Assembly (NCBI GenBank): GCA_038062035.1
Contig: JBBTXV010000018.1
Coordinates: 5,621-23,331 of the forward strand
Direction: 5' to 3'
Source of the DNA: Patescibacteria group bacterium
GTDB lineage: Bacteria; Patescibacteriota; Minisyncoccia; Minisyncoccales; 2-12-FULL-40-12
Length of the DNA: 17,711 nucleotides
Shown here: one piece after another, positions 6,629 to 13,693 of the stretch
Numbering within the stretch: the first letter of the stretch is position 1
Layout: each line of letters begins with the position of its first letter
Translations under genes and position numbers: made by a program
Notes under the pieces: generated by a model
Databases searched by the model: none
Told to the model about the DNA's origin: nothing
What the model saw: only the letters and a program-made list of their open reading frames with translations

Positions 6629-9123
6629 TGCCAAAGAGAGCAATAGGATTTTTTATAATTTTCTCTACGTTTTTTTTATTATTTTCTCTTTTTTCCTCTT
6701 TTGATTTCGCTTTTGCTCAAGGAAGACAATTGGAAATTGATTATCCAAATGTTCCCGGAGCCCCTACTCCAAAAACAACCGCAACCTTATTACCCGATTA
6801 CGTTAAATACGTCTTTAATTTCGGGATAATAATTTTTGGCTTAATAGTTTTGGGCGTTTTAGTCGCAGGGGGAATTAAATATCTTTTATCCACGGGGAAA
6901 CCGGAAGCATTACAAGAAGCCAAGAATCAAATACTTGCCGCTTTTTTGGGAATAATCGTTTTACTTAGCTCTTATTTAATTCTCACCACTATTAATCCCC
7001 AGTTGGTAATTTTTAACATACCGGGACTAACTCAAATTACGGTCTTTCGCTGCACAACCGATGAAAGTTGTAATGGGCGTTTCGGGTGTGAAACGCCGGG
7101 CACTTGTCGTTGCGACCTTGGAATCTGTAGGGCAAAACTGGAACCAAGGGAAACAACTTTAATAGCTTACGAAATCCCCGTAGGGCAACTGATAGAAAAG
7201 GGTGTTCAGAACGAAAACAATATTAACGAGGTAACCATTTTACTTAACGAATTTGAAAAATTTTTGAAAAAGGAAATTCCCGTTGACCCGCCTTCTTATA
7301 GATTATCTGATTTAAGCAAGCATCTTGTGGGCCTAACCGAAGATTGTAGCTGTGATGCCACGGAGGGTATTTGCGCCACTCCTGAAGCCGGAGCCGGAGG
7401 AGTGGGCTGCTTTGGAAATCCTTGTAAAGATTCCGAGGAAGAAATCCAAAAAGCCGTGGATATTACCTCTCAAAAAATAAGAGAGCTTCAAGATTTTAAA
7501 AATGAAGTAAAAAAACAGTTTCAAATTTTTCTGCAAGAAGGAGAAAAATTTTTAAAAGCTAACGAAGAAATAAATGAGTGTATAGAAAATGGGAAACTTT
7601 TAACCTTGGCTGATTATTTAGCTACATCTCAATTTTTTACTGAGCAAGGATGGAAGACGCAACTCAAATCAAACCCATATTTCCCTAGCTCTGGAGGAGA
7701 CGATCTAACATTTTATTGCATAAAAGGAGGAACAATTTTTGACGCGCCGAGAACCAGCTCATTCAATATACCTGAGATTCCGTTAGAGTTAAACCTTGTA
7801 ATTCCAACCGAACCCTTGTTAAGTCCAGAACCATTATCTTGTCCGGCAATTCTCCCGTTAGGCGAAATGCTAGATAATATAACAATTGAATCATACACAG
7901 CCAACGAAGATCTGGAAAGCCTAATCGTTCTTATTGACTTACTCTCTAAAGAACTCCAAAAATTACTTGATTCTGTTTCAAGCTGCAGCAGGAAAGACGC
8001 ATGCAGCATTACTTGCGCAAAGGGACCAAATCCCTGTTTTCCTGAAAGACCCTGCGCTCAACCATGGGGAGTGGGATATCCATGTTTTCGCTGCAACCCT
8101 CTTTCCCTTCCGCCTTGTTTACTCTGTGGACCAGGCATGGGTCTTTCTCCAAATATTCAAGCCAGAGGGGGCGGATCATCTTGTCAGGGCAATCCTGATG
8201 CGCCATACCACGGCTCCCCTTGCCCTCGTGATGATATAGAAAAAACTTTACAAAAGATTAAACTCCTTGATAATGAAATTATTGAACTAATCCAAGAAAC
8301 AAAAAATGGATTTAATGCGAAGCCGTACATAATAGAGACTCCTAAGGAAAATATAAACTTGCTCCAAGGAATTAGAGGGTCAACGGCATTCTGTACCAGC
8401 GATGATATTAATAACCCGGATATTTTTTTGCTTAATTGCCTAGATGCTATAGGAAATGAAGGGCCGGACGGCAACATAATTGGCGACTGCGATCCTCAAA
8501 GCTTTTTTTGCTGTACCGCTGATAAAACAAAAGCGGGTTCAATAAGGCAATCTTTTCCAAGAGAAACACAAGAATTCAACTATTATACTGGCCCTCGTCT
8601 TGAAAACCCTTTTTCTCCTGCTGAAATTAGAAATAATGTTCCTTATTTTAGCCAAAAGGACCCTCTTTGGGCGGGAAGGTCTTATGGGTGCGGAGGGACA
8701 ACAATAAAATCCTCTGGTTGCGGCCCTACTTCTATGGCTATGGTGTTACGACATTACGGCAAAAATGTCGATCCTGTAATCACTGCTGAATGGTCATTAA
8801 GAAACAACTTTCGAGTTTGTAATGCCGGTACTGCCTGGAGTTTTTTCAACAGTATAGCTAAATCTTACGGTTTAAATGGGTGCAAACCTTTAAGCGTGGC
8901 GAATATTGACAATCTAATAGCTAAACTTTCCGATGGACCGATAATCGTTAGCGGCCGAGGAAATCCTCCGTATTCAAAAGGAGGACATTATATTGTTTTA
9001 ACCGGGGCAGATGAAAATTATGTTTATATAAATGATCCGGCACGACCTAAGTTAAAAAGAAAGCTAATTGACGAATTTAGAATAGCTGGGAGAGCAAGAT
9101 TCGCTTGCCAAGTTAAACAATAG
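6628..9123 (+). CDS. Secreted/membrane chimeric protein: Sec signal peptide, a VirB2/TrbC-type pilin-like TM hairpin, a ~520-aa Cys-rich ectodomain and a C-terminal C39-like (papain-fold) cysteine peptidase domain
   Basis: I prefer the start at ATG 6628 (MPKRAIGFFIIFSTFFLLFSLFSSFDFAFA|QG is a textbook signal peptide) over the tracked 6589 start, which overlaps rsmA. A conserved motif LEIDYPNVPGAPTPKTTATLLPDYVKYVF precedes two TM helices separated by STGKPEALQEAKNQ. Multiple Cys clusters follow. The C-terminus contains YFSQKDPLWAG...GCGPTSMAM...GGHYIVLTG. Confidence 0.75.
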   Translation: MPKRAIGFFIIFSTFFLLFSLFSSFDFAFAQGRQLEIDYPNVPGAPTPKTTATLLPDYVKYVFNFGIIIFGLIVLGVLVAGGIKYLLSTGKPEALQEAKNQILAAFLGIIVLLSSYLILTTINPQLVIFNIPGLTQITVFRCTTDESCNGRFGCETPGTCRCDLGICRAKLEPRETTLIAYEIPVGQLIEKGVQNENNINEVTILLNEFEKFLKKEIPVDPPSYRLSDLSKHLVGLTEDCSCDATEGICATPEAGAGGVGCFGNPCKDSEEEIQKAVDITSQKIRELQDFKNEVKKQFQIFLQEGEKFLKANEEINECIENGKLLTLADYLATSQFFTEQGWKTQLKSNPYFPSSGGDDLTFYCIKGGTIFDAPRTSSFNIPEIPLELNLVIPTEPLLSPEPLSCPAILPLGEMLDNITIESYTANEDLESLIVLIDLLSKELQKLLDSVSSCSRKDACSITCAKGPNPCFPERPCAQPWGVGYPCFRCNPLSLPPCLLCGPGMGLSPNIQARGGGSSCQGNPDAPYHGSPCPRDDIEKTLQKIKLLDNEIIELIQETKNGFNAKPYIIETPKENINLLQGIRGSTAFCTSDDINNPDIFLLNCLDAIGNEGPDGNIIGDCDPQSFFCCTADKTKAGSIRQSFPRETQEFNYYTGPRLENPFSPAEIRNNVPYFSQKDPLWAGRSYGCGGTTIKSSGCGPTSMAMVLRHYGKNVDPVITAEWSLRNNFRVCNAGTAWSFFNSIAKSYGLNGCKPLSVANIDNLIAKLSDGPIIVSGRGNPPYSKGGHYIVLTGADENYVYINDPARPKLKRKLIDEFRIAGRARFACQVKQ
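6731..7013 (+). other. VirB2/TrbC-like pilin hairpin module (conserved pre-helix motif plus two TM helices ending in TINPQL) within the 6628-9123 CDS
   Basis: The topology is signal peptide, short conserved motif, TM1, ~14-aa polar loop, TM2. It is paralogous to 12410-12700. Confidence 0.45.
8630..9075 (+). other. C39-like / papain-fold cysteine peptidase domain (Peptidase_C39_2-like) at the C-terminus of the 6628-9123 CDS
   Basis: The motifs are NVPYFSQKDPLWAGRSYGCGGTTIKSSGCGPTSMAMVLRHYG and later GGHYIVLTGADENYVYINDP. This is a putative Cys nucleophile followed by a His, in the order and spacing expected of YvpB-type C39-like domains. Confidence 0.55.
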
Positions 9124-9144
9124 GAATATTTTTAAAGTCCGGTT

Positions 9145-12100
9145 ATGTTAAGAGATCTAAAAAAAAGTTTAATATTAAAATATCTAAAAAAAATTAAGTT
9201 TCTAAATACTTATTTTTTAGCTTTGGGAATAATAACAACGATTTTCTTAATTTCTGGTTTCGCTGGAATAAGCCCTCTTTCTGACAAAGTTAAAGTGTTG
9301 GGCCAAGGAATACCTTTGTTTTATTTCCCCAATTTTCCAATAAGATTGGCTTTTTTAGCTAATGAGATCACGACAACCAACGAAGAACTGATTATTCGTA
9401 GTGATGAGCTATCAAAATTCGTCAACGCTTTCGACTGCAAATACGCTCAATCGCAATGCGTGCAGACAACAAAGAAATTGCCAGGAGGAGGACAGCAATC
9501 CATTTGCGAGCCAGGACCAATAAAAGTATTTGGAAGGGTTAATCCTATACCACAAGGCACCACCAATGAAAAAGAAGTTCACTCCGAAGAAATACAATCT
9601 GCAATAAATGATTTAAATATTAAACTTGCCTCCTTGCAAACAACTTTAAGAGGGGAAGTCGAAATTGGCATAGAAAAACAGTTGAAAACTTTAAGGCCTG
9701 AAGACGCTCAAATTATCAGAGACAATTTAGAAAAACTTGATCGGTTAATGTCCGAAATGAGAAATCTAACTGAAAGAAACTCTTCACTACCTAATAAATG
9801 TTCAGTTCAAAGATGCACCCCGGAATGCGAATTAGGCCAAACTTTTACTGCTGAAGCCTGTGTTGGAGCTTCCGGCGAACAAAAACCAATAGAGCTTAAA
9901 TTTAAAGTCGGCGTAGGATTAGATAATTTGAATCTCGGCAGGTTGGGCATAGAAAACATCAATCTTGGCTTACCAGACAAGGTTAATATACCAACTCCCC
10001 AACTTCCCTCTCTCAGTTTCCGTATTCCAAATGCCACCTTAAACTGCCCGACCCAAAGACAACAGATCGTTTTTCATCCATCCACTCCTATCCTACCAGA
10101 CTTGCCAACCATAACTCTGAGTTGTCCTCAATATCAAAGCTATTCATCCTATCAATGCTCTTCTCCTCCCTCGCAAGGAGAAGAAGGGTTTATTGAATTT
10201 GAATGGTGGAATAAAACTTTTGAGCATTTGTCAGGAGAATGTCTTAAAGTTGCTAACAGCGACAGTAAAAGATTAAAAAATGAACAAGGGCAAATTGAAT
10301 ATCAAAAAGCAGTAGAGGGCTGCATGAGCCCAGAGAAGGTTGTCCCGACCACTATTAATGAGTGTGAAGCAAAATGGGTAAGAAAATGTTCTTTCCTTGA
10401 CTGTCGCTGGGAACTCTCCAATCCCCGAGAACAAGAAATCTGTGGTCAGATTGGTCGTTCACCAGACAAAACTCAAAAAGCGGTTAAATGGTGCCAGACA
10501 TTATACCAAGATGAAGGACAAACCCCTCCGGCTACCTGCTCTTCTGAAACAATTCTAACAACTCATCAAAAGTGCAACGAGATAAGAAATTCAGGTAGAG
10601 AAAACGTTCCGCTTTCTTGTAAACTTTTACCGTTATTCGCTGGACAATTAGAAGATCTGCCAGAAGGAACAGTTATAGGTCAAGGAGGAAATTGTCCATC
10701 TCAAAATATTGGGGATTTTCCTATACCAATGGCTGGTTGCGCAATAACCGCTCCATCTATCCCTAAAATAACTTTTCCAACAATAATTATCCCTGACATC
10801 CATCTTCCAACTTTCAGCTTACCTCCTCTCTTTCGGGTAAAATTACCAAATCTTATTTTTGAGGACTTAAATATAGGCGAAATCAACCTTTGCAACTTAG
10901 ACGACTGCAGCGCCCAATTTCCTTACTTAACTTTTAAACCTCCTTCTTTAAAAATCCCTCAAGTAAATGTTCCGCCTGTTACCCTGGAGATTCCAGGCGC
11001 CTCTCCAATAGATATCCAAATAGAACCAATTAATTTCCAGACCTTAAATTTTAACATTCCCCAGTTAATTAACTTGGGATCTTTGGTAACGCCCGAATTA
11101 AAGATACCGGAAATTCCCCTGCCCCAGCCAAGAATTCAATTCTCTTTTCTCGGAATTAATATTGATTTGCTAAATCTACTTCTTGGCCTTTTCAAAACGC
11201 CCCTCAATCTTAATCAGTGCGTGGCTTTGGACGCTAAGCTTGGAGTGCTCGATATTGTTTATCCTGACAAATATTTCCCTTGGCCAGCCTATCCCAAACC
11301 AGGAGAACTCAAATTTTGCAAAAAAGCAAGAGAATGGTGTCAAAGACAAAAAGGATCAATCCAGGAAATAACAACAAAAGCCGCTAGAATTCAAGAGCAA
11401 GTTAATAGCGTTTTTCAGAGCGAAATCCAAACAAAGCTTGATAAGACAGCTGATAGATTAAATCAAAAAATAACCAGAGAAGTTGAAAGAGAACTTGAGA
11501 AAGTTAAAAACGAAATAAGCAAGCAATTGCTCCAACATTTAGGGAAATATGCTCCTCAAAATGTTATACCTCCTTCAGCGCCGGTGCCTGGCGTCTGGGA
11601 AGTTAAAGGAGAACTTCCCTGTCAAGGAATACCGCCTTTAACCGTTTATATGCCTCCGGATTTACAAACAATTAGCATTGATCCTCAATCAATAAATGAA
11701 TTCCTTGAAAAAGAATTTGGAGAAACCTGGCCAACAGAAATTACTATCCGCTGGCCAAAAGATCTAAAAAAGTTCAAGCTGTCCTGTAACGAAAGTAATT
11801 GTGAGGCCTGTGAACAAAGAGGAAATGACGCTTGCCGAGGATTGTTAAGATGGGCGGACTGCCCGACCCTTGCCAATTGGGAAGATTACGCAAAATGCAA
11901 GTTGGATTACAGAATAAACAGCTGTAAAAACGAGTGCAAAAACTGCTTAAGCTATGACCTGCCGTCAGTTCCTTTGTGCGGATTAAGTTACAAAAAAGAA
12001 TTTACTAGAAGACTTCCTGGCCATCAACTATCTGTAACGACGCCAAGAGATCTTCTTTCGGGTTTAAGAAATGTTCGCGAGTGTATTAGTGGGCCACCCA

Positions 12101-12219
12101 AAGGAGGAAATCCTTGCCAGACAGAAGCAGGTCAAATCCAGGCTAATCTTAATAAGATTAAAAGATTATCGGAGGAGATGAAAAACGCTTCCCAAGAGAT
12201 AACTAATTTATTATACTAA
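9145..12219 (+). CDS. Large (1024 aa) signal-anchored, cysteine- and proline-rich extracytoplasmic protein with a coiled-coil segment; a putative surface or adhesin-like component
   Basis: There is an N-terminal TM anchor (FLALGIITTIFLISGFAGI) and >40 Cys. A coiled-coil stretch (EIQSAINDLNIKLASLQTTLRGEVEIGIEKQLKTL) is present. A long run of periodic xIPxxxLPxL motifs (IPKITFPTIIIPDIHLPTFSLPPLF...KIPEIPLPQPRIQF) shares the IPEIPL motif with the preceding CDS. Spacing to its neighbours is tight. Confidence 0.75.
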   Translation: MLRDLKKSLILKYLKKIKFLNTYFLALGIITTIFLISGFAGISPLSDKVKVLGQGIPLFYFPNFPIRLAFLANEITTTNEELIIRSDELSKFVNAFDCKYAQSQCVQTTKKLPGGGQQSICEPGPIKVFGRVNPIPQGTTNEKEVHSEEIQSAINDLNIKLASLQTTLRGEVEIGIEKQLKTLRPEDAQIIRDNLEKLDRLMSEMRNLTERNSSLPNKCSVQRCTPECELGQTFTAEACVGASGEQKPIELKFKVGVGLDNLNLGRLGIENINLGLPDKVNIPTPQLPSLSFRIPNATLNCPTQRQQIVFHPSTPILPDLPTITLSCPQYQSYSSYQCSSPPSQGEEGFIEFEWWNKTFEHLSGECLKVANSDSKRLKNEQGQIEYQKAVEGCMSPEKVVPTTINECEAKWVRKCSFLDCRWELSNPREQEICGQIGRSPDKTQKAVKWCQTLYQDEGQTPPATCSSETILTTHQKCNEIRNSGRENVPLSCKLLPLFAGQLEDLPEGTVIGQGGNCPSQNIGDFPIPMAGCAITAPSIPKITFPTIIIPDIHLPTFSLPPLFRVKLPNLIFEDLNIGEINLCNLDDCSAQFPYLTFKPPSLKIPQVNVPPVTLEIPGASPIDIQIEPINFQTLNFNIPQLINLGSLVTPELKIPEIPLPQPRIQFSFLGINIDLLNLLLGLFKTPLNLNQCVALDAKLGVLDIVYPDKYFPWPAYPKPGELKFCKKAREWCQRQKGSIQEITTKAARIQEQVNSVFQSEIQTKLDKTADRLNQKITREVERELEKVKNEISKQLLQHLGKYAPQNVIPPSAPVPGVWEVKGELPCQGIPPLTVYMPPDLQTISIDPQSINEFLEKEFGETWPTEITIRWPKDLKKFKLSCNESNCEACEQRGNDACRGLLRWADCPTLANWEDYAKCKLDYRINSCKNECKNCLSYDLPSVPLCGLSYKKEFTRRLPGHQLSVTTPRDLLSGLRNVRECISGPPKGGNPCQTEAGQIQANLNKIKRLSEEMKNASQEITNLLY

Positions 12220-12226
12220 GGTAATT

Positions 12227-13693
12227 ATGAAAGGTACGAGGTTTTTATTCGTTTTATTAATTATTGCTTTCTTGTTTTTTTTATCGGGTAATTTTGTCTC
12301 AGCTCAACAAGTATGCGATAAAGATCAAGATTGTCCAGGAGGTCAAAGCTGTATATCTGATCCTTGCAATACCGACCCTAACGCCCCAAAAATATGCGGT
12401 AAAGGCAGGGCTTTGGAAATCTGCTATCCTCAAATACCAGGAGTCGCTACACCAAAAACAACCGGTGAGCCCTTACCAGATTACATAAATTATATTTTCC
12501 GCTTCGCAATTGCTGCGATAGGCTTTGTTGTCCTTGGAGCTATGGTTTATGCCGGCGTCAGCTATTTTCTTTCATTCAACAACGCAGCGAAACTTCAAGA
12601 TGCCAAAGAAGGAATTTCTGCCGCTTTTTTGGGTGGCGTTATTTTGTTGGCGGCTTTTCTAATTTTTAATACGATAAATCCGCAATTAACTATTCTTGGA
12701 CCTCCAAAAGCTGATCTTCTGTGGGGGACAACTCAACCCGGAATATATATTTGTACTTATCCCGTAGATACAGGTTATTTAACTCAAATTAACCAAGACC
12801 TCAAAATCCAACCAACCTTCGGAGATCTAGGAGCAATTATTGATGCTTATACCAATGAAACGGATCCAAAAAGACAGGTTGAAGCAACTCAGGCATTACA
12901 AAGAATAATGTACAAGGACTCTTCGAATCTTTGCCAATTGCTCTTGAGCTCCACAAATCTCAGAACCCCGTTGCTGCCAAATTATACAATGTTCTCTATC
13001 CCAAAAGTATTCCCTGACCCGAATGATCCGCAAAAGCGCGTAGCAGAATTTCTTGAAGCGGTAATTTTGCATGAAAAAGATGATTTTAAGGGGGAACAAA
13101 AATTATACCCAATACCAAAAACGGTTGGAAGAAAACTTGTGCTCTTTGATCAAATCGACGGATTTAAAGCGGGCAACGGCTTAAATGACATCGGGGGAAG
13201 GGCTAAATCAATTACTCGTATAAAAAAGGCGGATGTGCCAGAAGCAAGCCCTCCAGGGATAACCTTATTCTCCTGCCCCAACTGGAATCAAAGCAAGGGC
13301 TTATGCCCAAAAGGATTGACTGGAACGCCTATCCCCCTTATTGATGCAAGTTTTGCCACTGACGGCGCTGACATTAAACTCTGGGGGAAAAGCGAACTTA
13401 AATCGGGCCAAGAATCTTTAGCTGAAAATGTCCGCTCTATTAGAATCACGCCATTGGGCAGTTTTCTTGCTATAGTATATGAAAAAGACGATGCAAAAGG
13501 AAATGGGGGAATTTTATATTCTGACGCTGCTGATATTAGGGGAAATAAATTGGGGCTTAAAATGTGTGGAACAAACTGTCCTTCGGGAATACTTCAATCC
13601 ACCCCTTTCTTCTTTATTCTTGACAGGATAAGAGGTATTGATTGTACCCCCTGTATAAATTCAATGACAGTTATTAAGGGAATAAAATTATGA
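12227..13693 (+). CDS. Secreted/membrane protein: signal peptide, a Cys-rich N-terminal knot, a VirB2/TrbC-like pilin hairpin (a paralog of the module in 6628-9123) and a ~330-aa ectodomain
   Basis: The signal peptide is MKGTRFLFVLLIIAFLFFLSGNFVSA|QQ, followed by CDKDQDCPGGQSCISDPC. The segment LEICYPQIPGVATPKTTGEPLPDYINYIF...AAFLGGVILLAAFLIFNTINPQL aligns with the 6731-7013 module. The stop overlaps the next start (ATGA at 13690-13693). Confidence 0.8.
   Translation: MKGTRFLFVLLIIAFLFFLSGNFVSAQQVCDKDQDCPGGQSCISDPCNTDPNAPKICGKGRALEICYPQIPGVATPKTTGEPLPDYINYIFRFAIAAIGFVVLGAMVYAGVSYFLSFNNAAKLQDAKEGISAAFLGGVILLAAFLIFNTINPQLTILGPPKADLLWGTTQPGIYICTYPVDTGYLTQINQDLKIQPTFGDLGAIIDAYTNETDPKRQVEATQALQRIMYKDSSNLCQLLLSSTNLRTPLLPNYTMFSIPKVFPDPNDPQKRVAEFLEAVILHEKDDFKGEQKLYPIPKTVGRKLVLFDQIDGFKAGNGLNDIGGRAKSITRIKKADVPEASPPGITLFSCPNWNQSKGLCPKGLTGTPIPLIDASFATDGADIKLWGKSELKSGQESLAENVRSIRITPLGSFLAIVYEKDDAKGNGGILYSDAADIRGNKLGLKMCGTNCPSGILQSTPFFFILDRIRGIDCTPCINSMTVIKGIKL
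12410..12700 (+). other. Second copy of the pilin-like hairpin module
   Basis: The shared pattern with the first copy is LEIxYPxxPGxxTPKTTxxxLPDYxxYxFxF - TM1 - loop - AAFLGxxxLLxxxLIxxTINPQL. Confidence 0.45.

Noticed and set aside
12264-12488. Alternative-frame 74-aa ORF at 12264-12488
   Set aside because: It lies inside the 12227-13693 CDS in another frame. The main frame carries the conserved pilin-like motif, so this one is a chance ORF.
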